Of a stretch of DNA of 64,000 nt, positions 1-12,300 are shown piece after piece. Below the pieces are notes generated by a model. The model was not told where the DNA came from. It searched no databases and saw only the letters and a program-made list of their open reading frames with translations. Position 1 is the first letter of the stretch, and each line of letters begins with the position of its first letter. This DNA comes from Rotaria socialis (lineage: Eukaryota): positions 1 to 64,000 of the forward strand of contig CAJNYD010000242.1 of assembly GCA_905331295.1 (NCBI GenBank), read 5' to 3'. Both the position numbers and the translations under genes were made by a program.

Positions 1-31
1 CTTTAAGAAAAAGCTTTTGTTTTTCTATTAC

Positions 32-104
32 AAAATTTTCGACCAATTTTCGTATCGACCAATTATCGGCGATCAATTTTCGTTCGACCAATTTTCGCTC
101 TCCC
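32..104. repeat. Short array of CGACCAATTTT-like units ending in CTCTCCC; probable terminal fragment of a non-autonomous DNA transposon
   Basis: About 5 degenerate (C)GACCAATTTTCG units. The TCTCCC end matches the right end of the element at 52732-53552. Confidence 0.55.
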
Positions 105-265
105 TCTTTCAGTATATACGTAGAAAAAACTTATTCTGAGGAATTTCTAGAAATAGAAAGAATAATCTATTCAAAGAATTTTACCTCGATACTTTCGAAA
201 TTATTTCATATATACTAGCTATACTCGAGAAAGATCTCATTTTATTCTTACTCTTTCTCTTCTAG

Positions 266-1188
266 TTAATATTCCTGCTAATGCTAAATGGAAACAGAAG
301 GGTGTGACTATTGCTGGAGGTAACGATGCTGGGGATGCCACTAATCAACTCTTCGACCCTAATGGTCTCTTCGTTGATGATGATCAAACAGTGGTTATTG
401 CTGACTACAATAATAATCGTATCATGCAATGGAAGAACGGGAATACAACAAATGGACAAGTTGTTGCTGGCGGCAAACGCCTAGGAAATGGATTACATCA
501 ATTGTATTGTCCAACTGATGTATTAATTGACAAAGAGACGGATAGTCTCATTATTTGTGATCAACGAAATCGACGAGTTGTACGATGGTCTCGTCGTAGT
601 GGTGCAACACAAGGTGAAATGCTCATCGATAAGATCGACGGTCAGGGATTATCAATGGATGAGCAGAGATATCTCTACGTCTCTGACTACAAAAAACATG
701 AAGTAAGACGATATCAATTGGGTGAGAAAAATGGCACTCTCGTAGCTGGTGGTAATGGAAAAGGTGATGGACTCAATCAACTCAACGAGCCGAGTTATCT
801 CTTTGTCGATCGACAACAGAATGTCTACGTATCAGACAGAGAGAATCATCGTGTAATGAAATGGAATAAAGGTGCAAAAGAAGGTATTGTGGTCGCTGGA
901 GGACAAGGCAAAGGGAGTGCTCTGACACAATTGTCTTATCCTCAAGGAATCTTTGTTGATACGTTGGGTACACTCTATGTAGCAGACTTCTGGAATCATC
1001 GTGTAATGCGTTGGACTCAAGGAGACAAGAAACAAGGCACTGTAATTGTGGGTGGAAATGGCGAAGGAGCAGGAGCAAATCAGTTCTACTACCCCCATGG
1101 TTTGTCTTTTGATCAACATGGTAATCTCTATGTCGCCGATATGCGTAATTTTCGTGTTCAACGATTTTCTATCGAAGAAGACTTGTGA
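266..1188 (+). CDS. NHL-repeat (6-bladed beta-propeller) protein, terminal exon; 5' exon(s) upstream or outside the window
   Basis: Acceptor ttctcttctag at 255-265, then (V)NIPANAKWKQKGVTIAGG. Six repeats of xNQLxxPxGxFVD...YVAD..NHRV. Confidence 0.9.
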
Positions 1189-1499
1189 ATTGTTTTTTCT
1201 TTGTTCGTTTCTTTTTCTATACTTTGAAATAAATGAACAAGAAAAAAGAAATTTTCTTTTACTCTTTCGCTTCAAAGAAAAGAAAAAAGCTAAAATATAA
1301 AATTACGTCATATGTTTCTTTTCTTCTTCTTTTATTTGCTTGTTAAATGAAAAGAAATGAATTAAATAAAAATTATTTTTCGCAAAAAATATTAATTATT
1401 AAAGTGAAAAAAATAAATTGTGTTATTTAAAGGAAAATAAAATTTTGTGTTATTTTCACAAATTTTATTATTGATATGAAAAAAAAATTTGCTATTTTT

Positions 1500-1700
1500 T
1501 GAAAATATTTAGTAGTAAATTGAAAATAAATTTTAGTAAAATAAAATATTCTAGTAGTAAAATGAAAATAATTTAGTAGTAAAATAAATTAATTGGTTAG
1601 TGAAATAAAAATATTTAGTAGTTCAATGAAAATTAATTTGTTACTTTGAAAAAATTTTGTAACTAGAATGAAAATTAATTTGTTCTTTTCGTAAAATATT
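1500..1700. repeat. Degenerate AT-rich tandem repeat (~20 bp unit, AAAATATTTAGTAGTAAA-like)
   Basis: Recurring ttagtagtaaa/atgaaaat motifs in an extremely AT-rich tract. Confidence 0.55.
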
Positions 1701-2097
1701 TACGATTGCAAGGAAAAGAAAAAAATTTGTATTATTTTGAAATTATTTATTGTTAACATAAAAATATTTATTGTTGAAGTGAAAATATGTATGAATGAAA
1801 TGAAAAGAAAAAAATTGAGTTATTTGAATAATGTTTATTTTAAAAATCAAAAAAAATAAAAGTTACAAAAAAATAAACAACAGGAATGTAAAAAGAATTA
1901 TACTTACATTCGTGTCCGTTAGGATTGAATTGTTGAATGGAACTGAAACATAAAAATAACAATTAATTTTATTTGTTTGGAATGAGAAAATGAAGGAAAG
2001 TAATTATATTTATGTTGCTGTTGAAGAAATCGAGATGAAGTAAAACGAAATAAGCAGAAACGAATTTGATTGGAATGAGAAAAAGGTTTTTTTGTTT

Positions 2098-2250
2098 CCC
2101 AGCTAATAGTCGCTCGCGCGACCAAGAATTACCTTGGTGGTGCCATAGAGAGCCAAGACTCTTCACGTACAGGCATATATCTAGCGTGTATAGAGCATAC
2201 AACAGGAAGATCTATATGCGGCCTGTACGTGCTATGGGCACCAAGATAGG
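2098..2250. mobile_element. Orphan CCCAGC-type (CMC/EnSpm-like) end followed by an imperfect hairpin
   Basis: CCCAGC at 2098. Inverted pairs CACGTACAGGC/GCCTGTACGTG and CTTGGTG..CCATAG/CTATGG.CACCAAG. GC content is higher than the flanks. Confidence 0.35.
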
Positions 2251-2398
2251 CTTGGCCAGTTTCACGCCGATGTATGGAAGGCCTCTGTAAGACGTAAAGA
2301 ATATACAAATATATACAAAGTATACTTACTTTTTGTGTATTACTAAAATATAAAATAGAAAATTAAAACCAAAATTAAAACTAAAATGAAAATAGAAA

Positions 2399-4358
2399 CC
2401 CAGGTCGTTTCTGCCCGGCCGTACACCAATCATTTACGTTGAAAAACGGCATTCGTTTACAGTGGCCGTTTACGGCAGTCATATACGACGTTTTACGGTG
2501 TATTACGATAATCGTAATCAATGACCGTAAACGTTCGTCTTTTACGACTACCGTGAAAATACGGCGACTGTAGACGACGGTCATATACGAAGTTTTACGA
2601 GGTATTACGTTAATGGTAAACAGTGAACGTAAACGTTCGACTTTTACAACTACTGTGAAAATACAGTGACTGTAAACGACATTCAGAATGTGCGATAACA
2701 CGGGGAAACAAACTGATTTCAATAGGCGAAATCAATCGAAATCGCATGAAGTCGGACGAAATCATCGAAACCAGTAGAAATCATGGGTATCATTGGAAAT
2801 CATTGAAAATCATGGAAATCATCAGAAAACAAAAGGGATTATTTGAAATGGCTAAAAATCATTCGAAATCATTTCAAACGATCTGAAACATTTCAAGTAA
2901 ATTAGTCTGATTTCACATGATTTCTTTGATTTCTTAAACTTTCTGTCGATTCCACAAAGTCCGGATGATTTTTAATCATTTCTAATTATTTCTACTGATT
3001 TCTCATGATTTCTACTGATTTCTCATGGTTTCTACTGATTTCTCATGATTTCTAGTGATTTTGATAACTTTTCGGCGCATTGAAAATCTTGAGGGTGTGG
3101 GTGTGAGTGGATCTGGGTATAACTGTTATTTTGCGTTAATCCACATTCAGACTCCCACACCCAAGCCCTCAAGATTTATTTTCGTTTTTTGTTATTCAAT
3201 TCAGGGCTAGATTTAAAATCCGAAATCTGAAATCAGATTCATCTTCGATTTCGTGTCGCGCAATCATTCACCAACTTGTTTCGCTCGAGAACTTCTATAT
3301 ATAGGCAGATTTTTCTTCTTTATTAGTTATTGAGTTCAGGGATAGATTTAAAATCCGAAATCTGAAATCAGATTTATCTTTGATTTCTTTTCGTCGAATC
3401 TTCGTTTCGCGTCTTTCCAGATTCAAGTTAAGTAGCATATCCACAATTCAGTTTGTCTTCCGGTTTTCCTCAAATCCCTGTTCATCGTCCAGCCAATTGC
3501 CAGTCTCCTAGAAACTACTCGAACTTTAAGTCGAAAAGTAGTGTTTTTTTTATAAATGAAATGATTCTAAAAACCAAGTGGAATCTTTTGGAAATCGGCT
3601 GGAAATCTCAATTAAATCTTTTGGAAATCTGAATGAAATCGGTCTCAAATCGAAGTGAAATCTCGTTGAAATTTCGTTGAAATCCTTTTGAAATCCTTTT
3701 GAAATCCATTTCAAATTCCATTTGAATCTTTTTTAAATCTAGATGAAATCCATTTGAGATCTTTTTGAAATCTAAACGAAATCCTTTTCAAATCCAAATA
3801 AAATCTTTTTGCAATGTAAACGAAATCGTTTTGAAATCAAAATTAAATCTTTTTGAAATCTGAATGAAGTCCTTCTCTAATCTCAACGAAATCTTATTGA
3901 AATCCAAATGAAAGCCGTTTCAAATCCAAATAAAATCTTTTTGAAAGCTTAATGACATCCATTTCAAATCCCATTTAGATCTTATTTAAATATAAATGAA
4001 ATCTTTTTGAAATCCGAATAAAATCTGTTTGATTTGCAGGTGAAATCATCGAGAATAACGAATGGAAAACGGCCGTTTACTTTGATATACGGTAGTCGTG
4101 GTGGTCGTAAACGGGTGTATATGTTAAGATACGGCGATTCTCGTTGTCGTAAACTGTCGTTTCGTTCAAAATACGACCGTGTCACGGCACTGTTTTTAAC
4201 GTTTACGGTAGTTGGGTTTCACCGTTTACATCACAGTGGGTTACGGTCGTAATACGGGACATACCAAACGGGTTATTTACGGGTCGTAACTCTGACGGTT
4301 ACGGCCGTTTGCGGTATCGTGCACGGCTGTTTACGGCCACTGTAATGTTCGTCCTGGG
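2399..4358. mobile_element. ~1.96 kb non-autonomous CMC/EnSpm(CACTA)-like element
   Basis: Termini CCCAGGTCG...CGTCCTGGG. Both ends carry ~300 bp rich in TTTACGG/CCGTAAA subterminal motifs. The interior is GAAATC/GATTTC arrays. 2-bp flanks are AA/TA (imperfect TSD). No transposase. Confidence 0.7.
3084..3177. repeat. Small inverted repeat with TGAGGG/TGTGGG (telomere-like) arms
   Basis: AAATCTTGAGGGTGTGGGTGTG ... CACACCCAAGCCCTCAAGATTT. Confidence 0.7.
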
Positions 4359-4374
4359 TAGAAGAGAGACAAGG

Positions 4375-4447
4375 AAGAGCTATATAAGAACAATGGAAAG
4401 AGAACAGAAAGAGCTATATAAGAACAATGGAAAGAGAACAGAAAGAG
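4375..4447. repeat. 34-bp tandem duplication next to the right end of the CMC-like element
   Basis: AAGAGCTATATAAGAACAATGGAAAGAGAACAGA x2. Confidence 0.85.
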
Positions 4448-4980
4448 AAGGAAGGAGAATCATCGAAGCGTGCCATCAATATCGGCACATCAGTGAGATT
4501 TTTAGTAATTGAATCTAAATAAAAGGTCATCCAAAAATCCACATCCAGCTATACACAATAGATAATACGTTGGATACACTTATCACTACATATTGAGAGA
4601 TGGAAAATAGCATTGTTGAATTCTTACGCCAAAACTTATACGATAGTTTATTATTTATTAAACATGGTCACCCATTTCAGTAGAGGATTAGCGACGCTTA
4701 CGTCGCGTTACTTGTATTTTGATTTTTAAATACTTCTAACTCAGTTATTTGAAAAATACCCAACCTTCGTACCAATGGTGTGTATACACTGAAGCAAGAC
4801 CATAAATAACTCCATGGAATAAAAATAAACATAATTTCGAATTCAACTTATTTACACCGCGCGCGTCGCATGTCATGTGGAAATATAATTTCATTAATTC
4901 ATATAGCTAAAATTGTTTGCTGAATTCCATAGTATTGATTAATAACGAAAGACAAAACACTATGTGTCTATTGTGATAAC

Positions 4981-5711
4981 TAGTGCACTGCGTGATTGAG
5001 ACTTTTTATCACAATTACGGTCACGATGGCGAACATTACAGAGTAATTGAAGAGATTAGAAAATTTTTTAATCATTTCATCGAGACATGTATCCAAAATA
5101 TTTATTTTGGTATATGCAACACTGAATGAGATCAAGAACAGTAGTCGACTGTTTATTTTTTTAATAAGTAAAAACTTGAAGAATGTGCGCTGCTGATGCT
5201 GGATGATTAAGTAAAAACGATATTGAACGATTAGTTGAAGAAAAAAATGCATCACTATCATACTGAAAACCAAAAGAAACATGAGAATATCCAAATATTG
5301 GACTAAATTTAGTCAAGTTTACATTGCGAACATAAAACAAAATTTTATCATTCATGATTCTTGTAAAACAGTATTAGCGTACAAGTCAATAGCAGAATCT
5401 CGTTGTATGTTAGCTCACTCACATTCTAGTGAAGGCAAAAATAAAGTATCAAATTCATATGATCAACGAAAACTTAATCATCAGTAAAAAATGCCATAAC
5501 ATTATATTGTGTTGAATTTATGGCTCAAGATGGTCGGGCATTTCATGTATTACAAGGTTCTGGTTTTGCATTAATATATAGTTGTGAATAAAAATTTCAT
5601 ATTTTATAATCGTGATCACCACATTTTAATTTCGATCACGAGGGAAAAGCATTTATCACTCACGGTCACGATCACGATCCCAAAAAATATTCCTAATCAC
5701 GCAGTACACTA
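4981..5711. mobile_element. MITE with hAT-like TAGTG termini
   Basis: 17-bp TIR TAGTGCACTGCGTGATT / AATCACGCAGTACACTA (1 mismatch). Subterminal (G)ATCAC(G) motifs. No matching TSD. Confidence 0.7.
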
Positions 5712-6428
5712 CGAAAGGATCAATGAATCATGCGGTGTTCACCTTGACTTCACTGTTATTCACTTTTGATTCTTATATACAATGAACGATCAAGTTGGAA
5801 CAGAAGATTATTTATGCTCTCTACTTTTGTTTCACGTCAATAAAATTGAACATACTGTTTCATGAAATTTCATATGTTTAGGTCGAAATTAATATTGTAT
5901 GGATGCAAAAAAATTGACAAGAATACAAATAAAAAACAGGAAGATGTGTTTCTAGTTGAATTTACAGTGTTATTCAATTATGTTTGATTTTGACGTAAGA
6001 AACAGAAAAACTATCAACGGATCGTATATATGTCGACTGTATAATCTTATTTTACGACAACTTTATCAAATTTCATGTGGAGGGATATAATCAGTATGTT
6101 GTCTGATTTTAACAGCAATGCTGCTTTCAACACTGATTTCTTTTCTCATGTTCGTTCTATTCAGACAATCCGAAAATCGATGACTTTCTTTTTTCAGTCT
6201 TACCGTTTTACATGAAACAGTAATGCAAAAAAGGATACCGATTCGAGTTATTAACGAATTATCTTTATTTTACTGGCTGAACAAGTTCCTGTGCTTTTCT
6301 TACTGCAGGTTAAATGAGAATGATCATGATGATGTAAGTTGTGTATGAACTGTCTTGCGATTAACGGTACGGATTTAGATAATCGTGAATGCAAGAGTAA
6401 CATTGGCGCATTGATTTTATGTGTTTCT

Positions 6429-6938
6429 GACAATGGAGGTGCTTGTATTGTAAGTTGAAAAGACTAGATATTTTTACATCAAAAGAAAGTTCTCATCGCC
6501 AAACTAAAATATTAGCTCCCCTTGGCTTGTCTAGAGGAAGATATTCGATTTTTCAGTGAATTTTCTCTACAGGATCGGCTTTCCCCAAATTCTCTTCGAG
6601 ATATAGATGTCTCAAGCAGACAGCTTCAATAGAAAATCGTCAATATTTTGAGAGATTCATATCTCGAAGAGAGTTTGCCCAAAACTTCTGATTTTTTTTC
6701 TGTAAGCTAGTCTCATTGAGACCTTCATGCATACAAAGTTTCAGATTCAAATTAGAAAATATGATATTGCTGGGAAAGCCGGTCCGGTAGAGAAAATTCA
6801 CTGAAGAATCGAATATCTCCCTCTAGACAAGCCAAGGGAAGCTAATATTTTAACCGTGCTAGTTTGACGGTGAGAGCTTTCTTTTGATATAAAAAATATC
6901 TAGTATTTTCAACTTACAATGCAAACACCTCCATTGTG
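6429..6938. mobile_element. Foldback MITE with ~160 bp TIRs and a Transib-like CACAATG end
   Basis: 6430-~6587 is the reverse complement of ~6772-6937 (ACAATGGAGGTG...CTTGGCTTGTCTAGAGG...GGCTTTCCC). The right end reads CACAATGG on the minus strand. Confidence 0.8.
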
Positions 6939-8109
6939 AGTGTACTTAACTAGAAATCATACGCTTGAAGCGAATTGAACATTCATGCAGATTCTTGTTA
7001 GAATATTGGCTGCAAACAAAGTGTAGTAAAAAAATACCAAGGATGTCTATCTATAGTGATGCTTACTCACACAAAAGAAAATCATAGTGAAATAATAAAT
7101 AGTAATAAAACACTATTCAACGGTAAATTCTCTATTCAGGCCGGCTTATTCAGCACTTTTTTTCTATTGATTCCATGATAATAAAATCACTTTCGCTTCC
7201 TATAAGCCCATTTTATTGTAAATAACATAATAATTACCAAATAAGCTGGTAGTGAATTTACTTTTATATCAAACAACCTACTGAAATGTATTTATCTCCA
7301 TGGTAATATCCAACACAGTGCTTTAAAGTAATGGTAAATTCTTTATGTCTGGAAGCACATAAATAGCTGCAGTAGACATGTTACTTATTGATATTCACAA
7401 CAAGACTTCTCTTATTAGAACAAAAAAATTTCAATTGCGGAACTTGTTCTCGCTTTAATCTCCATGAAAGTAAAAATCCTGTCACGCACAGCGACATGAC
7501 ATGGCTATGATCCATTTCTGTTCCAGTTGAGATCATAAGGATTTCCTCATTATACATCTACCATTGATTCCATTTGCTTAAGCTAATTTCTTTTGTTGCT
7601 TACCATCAGTCATCCGTAATGGTTCTGTTCTTTCTATTTTTGATTTTCTTTTTTTCTCAAGCTCGTATCTCGGCTTATTTTGCTCTTATTCTAAATATAT
7701 AGCATCATTCAGCAATATTGATTTCTCGTCCATCTTCTATTAGCTTTTATATAACCATTAGATTGTTACGACGACAATTGATGTATATAGAAATCAATTA
7801 CTAATTGGGTTAAGGCCTCCAAAACAGATTCTTTCAATTGTAAAAAAAAAAGAGCAAATGTGTAGTATAACGATGTAGATAATTTGAGAGTGTCTAATGA
7901 GCCGTTGTTACCTTTTATTTCATTTACACATGCCCGCAGATTGAATTTTGTGTAGAAACTCAAATGAATAGATATGAAGAAGAAAAAAAATTCTCCGTTT
8001 CCTGCATAGCTAATTCTGTAATACTTGATGAAAATCAGTATTCTCTCGTGGGCATATTTGTTCACTATCTATTTACTATCGGCAGAACAAAAAAAACTGA
8101 GCCCATGGC

Positions 8110-8136
8110 TATATATATATATATATATATATATAT
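8110..8136. repeat. (TA)n microsatellite
   Basis: Direct observation. Confidence 0.9.
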
Positions 8137-8481
8137 TTGCACAGAAGCATTTAAAACATATATATGGTAAGTCAATACTTACGCCAATAGAAAACAATTC
8201 GTATGAAGAAAATATTTTTCGAAGTTTTTTTTCAGGAGTGTTGTTCTCAGTTATTTCTCTGCTTCTTTATTTCATCTTCAATGAGAACACCAATACAACA
8301 ACAAACACTAAATTTTTGTCAGTACAACATGTTATTATAAAAAGGTGAAGGAGAAAGAAAAGAAAGAAACAGAGAGTGATACAAAAAAATGCATTAATAA
8401 ATATCCATTGATCATCTACTTAATACCGTACATATTTGGGATCTATCATTTACCATTTAATCTACTTAATTAAGTAGAAAT

Positions 8482-10694
8482 TTAAGCTTTTGTTCCGGCG
8501 CCAGTGCCAGCCTTCTTTTGTGCGGCTACAAAAGCAACAAGACCATCGGTTGACAACGATTTCGGTCGTTCTAATGGAAATCCTAATGCTCGAGACCAGA
8601 TCATTTGTGAAAGTACACCAAGTGCTCGTGAAACACCGAATAAAACAGTATAGAAATTCATTTCTTTCATGCCGTAATGCTAAAAAAATAGATTATGAAA
8701 AAAAACATAGAGTTTAAAAAAAAGTATTTTATTAACCTGAAGGAGAACACCTGAGTGTGCATCAACATTAGGCCATGGATTCTTAACCTTACCAAGTTCG
8801 CCAAGCATTTTCGGTACAACAGTATAAAGTTGTGAGACAATTTTAAATAATCTATCATTTGGTAAGTGTTTAAGAGCGAATTCACGTTGACATGTATAAC
8901 GTGGATCAGTTTTACGTAAAACAGCATGTCCATAACCAGGCACAACACTTGTTTTAAGTGTATCTTGAACGTATTGTTTTATTTGATCATCTGTTGGTGA
9001 ATCACCGATTTTTTCGACTAATTTCGTTATCCAAATCAAGACTTCTTGATTGGCAAGACCATGAAGTGGTCCCGCAAGACCATTCATAGCAGCAGCAAGT
9101 GATAGATATGGATCCGAAAGCGCACTGCCCACCAAATGACTTGTATGTGCACTAACATTACCACCTTCATGATCACTAAATCCAAAAAATAGGAATGAAA
9201 ATTTAAGTAATTCTTCTCGAATTTTTCTTTTTACCTATGAATGGTTAAATAAAGACGAAGTAAATCAACGAATTGTTTATTGTCATAGCCTAGCATTGTG
9301 GCAAAGTTCCATGACCAATCTTTTTTTGAATCAATCGCACCAACAGCTGTACCATTACGATATAAATTTCGATAGATAATAGCAGCAATAGTTGGCAATT
9401 TAGCAATTACATCCATTGAATCTTCGTATATATACTACGGACAGAAATTTATTAATTTCTCTAAACTTTCTGAGATAGTGTTTTTTTTTCTTTTTTCTTC
9501 ATAATTACATAATATTCTATTCTTGCATGATTGAATTACGAATCAACAATGCATCTCAAGAAAGGAAAGCAATGAAGTGCTCATTAAAAAGTTGTCAGAG
9601 CAATCCCCGTGAGAGTAACATGATGTAATCCTGTGTTGTTAATCGTAATAAGATTATTTTATTCTGTCTACTTTGAGAAATATTTTGTCATCCTCTTTTT
9701 ACTTAACATTCTTGAAATACAATCAGCAACGACATAAGAATGTTACAAAATCTTGAAGGACATATGCATCAGATACTTTTTGAAATGTCTTCTCCTTTCC
9801 GCTCAAAAAGAATTATGCGTGATATCAAAATTTGAAAATAAAAAATTTGCGAGCAAACCTCCCAATATTTTGACTTTGGTACACTATCTGAATAAGCCTT
9901 GGCAAATTTTGAACCAAGATTAAGAACTGTGATAGCAGCACTCAATTGTGACATAGGATGAAGTTGTGCTGGAAAATTATTCAACATCGTTACAACATGT
10001 TGAGGAATCGCAGCACGCTTGTTCCATTCGCTTGTTACCCATCCGACCTAGACAATATCAAATTTGCTCTTCGTTTTATTTTTTTTCTAAAAATAACTAA
10101 TTACTTGTTCTTGTGTTGGCACTTGTGATGTAACTAAGAGCCAAAAGAGACCTTCAGGTAATGGCTCTTCTCCACCTTTCGCTTTCGGTAATTCGGCTTG
10201 ACATTCTGCTATGGTTTTTCCACGGAAACGAATACCTTCATTAGGATCTAATACTGATGTTTCATAAACAAGACCTATGATGTCACGCATGCCGCCATAT
10301 ATCTTAACACAGAAATCAAGTGTATGCGTGATGCACTATAACAGAAGATTTCTTTTGAATTACCATATCAACAGTCACTTGGCCGATTGATACATCTTTG
10401 TTCTGAGCCTTAAACTCAGCAACACGTTTTTGCTCTTTTGGTACGAGCTCTCGTAGCACTTCTTTCAGATCCTGTAAACATCATGTGAAGAGTATACATG
10501 CATGCGGAACAATAAAAGCTAATAAAAACATACAGTTTTTGTGTTGATGCATAACATTTTTGTTGAAGAGCAACAATAGAATTCTAAAAATGTGAACATG
10601 CTAGTTTTTATTGAAAATATTTTATAACGGAATAAGATACCGTTCGGATTGTTGATGGTATGAGACGAGAAACAGATCGACTAACGACAGACAT
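8482..10694 (-). CDS. CS: Mitochondrial-type citrate synthase; 8 coding exons (approx. 10694-10641, 10583-10534, 10471-10364, 10302-10105, 10027-9860, 9435-9235, 9176-8737, 8679-8482)
   Basis: Motifs [89 protein letters not shown]. Arg/Ser-rich N-terminal leader [18 protein letters not shown]. Phase problem at exon 2 (see findings). Confidence 0.95.
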
Positions 10695-12300
10695 TTGCCT
10701 TCTGAAAAGTAAGGAAAAGAATAATGCAAGTTTCCAGAAGCGATAAGAATAGGAATAAAAGCAGAATCACCAAAATAAATCGGCCTTGGAATGATACAGC
10801 CAATGGAATACACGAACAATCCCAAAGATGATTATAGAATATTATAGTTGATGGCGACATCTTCGTAGTAGTGAGAAAATCCCCAAATTTAAGACACAAT
10901 TAGCTCTGATATTATATATATGTGAGCAAATTCTTTCATATAGTATTCTATTAAATATGCATTCATTTCAAATGAGTTTCAATTCGAAATAATAATACAA
11001 TAAGCTATCCGTGACGATCTAAAATACTTCAGATGTACGAAAATTATTCGAGTTTTAGTTATTAATAAAAATGTACACTGATCAATGAAGTCTTCGCCAT
11101 TGCTATGCAAAAAGCCAGCTGCTCAATTTTTTATGTTCACGGTCAGTTTTTTCTTAAAATATTTTAATCTGATTTCGAAGCAATCTAAAAAAATCGGGAA
11201 AAGTGTTACAATCAATACATTAACTTATGATTGCGGAAGATCTGATGCTTTGGGATGGTATTCTAAATTTACGCTCAGTACAACCATTTCTTACTACTAA
11301 TCATAAGAACTGATGAATTATAATAGACAAAAACAGCGGCATAATCTTTTCATATTCTTATGCGAAAATAAAACTACTGCTACATGTGCTCGTCTCCTGT
11401 CCTGTGTTCATGTTTAATTTTGCATGTATTGAATATTGTTCATGAGCGACATCAATCGTGAAATCGGTCTTGTTGGTTACCTGAAACCAATAGGTAGCGA
11501 GAAAAATTCTTTCGTCTCAACTATTTGTGACACCTGTATTCATACACTTTTTTCCTTCGTCTCGATGTTTGTACATATGTAAAAAAAATGCAAAGCATCA
11601 CTGCTCGGTCATTATATAGCAACATATTGAAACTCGGTTTTCGACGACATTAAAAACCGTACAGATGCCGTCGTCACAAATTTTTTCATGCTCTCAATCA
11701 CTGTGTTTTTGGCTCATATTTATGGGTATGTCAAAAAAAAAATTATGTCAATAAACAAGAGAAACATAGTGGAGAAAGCACTTTTTCTTTTACTCGCAAT
11801 TCTATTTTCATTATGAATATAAAAAGAGTACAAATATGAAAATAAAATCCCATGTTTTAATTACTCAACAGAAGTCTACTACAGTTATATCATTCGATTT
11901 GCTTCATCTGAATATAACCGCATTTATTCAATACCAAGTAGCGTAATTTTTGGAAAAAAAATGACAACTTATTTTACACTACATGATACGAATCGCTGAA
12001 TATTATAATTTATTTGTAGTCGAAGGGAAGAAAAATTATTAATTGATAAAGCAATATAGGCAATGATATAAGCAAACTTGTTCAAGGAAAAGAAAATAAA
12101 TCATGCCAAATAAGCTAATTAAATTTGTATAATGAGAAATCTAAAGATTAAAATAAACTTGACGGTCGCGATCATATTATCGCATCAGAATATCGTGGTT
12201 ATATAGGTCACTGAAAAGTTTATTTTTCTTTCTCTCCTTTTTTTTGTTCTAATTGAAGCCTAAGAAAAAACAAATTATACATACTTTCGTCCTTTTACAG

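Noticed and set aside
782..1300. Antisense and alternate-frame ORFs over the NHL genes (also 31227-32256)
   Set aside because: Shadow ORFs; their similarity between loci follows from NHL paralogy.
2720..4050. Short repeats with variable spacing as a CRISPR-like array
   Set aside because: Units are 6-10 bp, degenerate and nearly contiguous, with no unique spacers and no cas genes, in a eukaryotic context.
2381..4512. ORFs 2381-2722, 3982-4185, 4034-4252 and 4309-4512
   Set aside because: They are translations of transposon subterminal repeats with no protein motifs.
7130..7760. Possible decayed coding sequence on the minus strand
   Set aside because: Stops in the frames I read and no recognisable motif.
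10681..10899. ORF MSPSTIIFYN... as the citrate synthase start
   Set aside because: It stops at 10681. The ATG at 10694 gives a plausible mitochondrial leader.
11442..11730. Candidate first exons for the histidine phosphatase (ATG at 11442 or near 11688)
   Set aside because: The donors I could see are not phase-compatible with the phase-0 acceptor at 12301; left unresolved.
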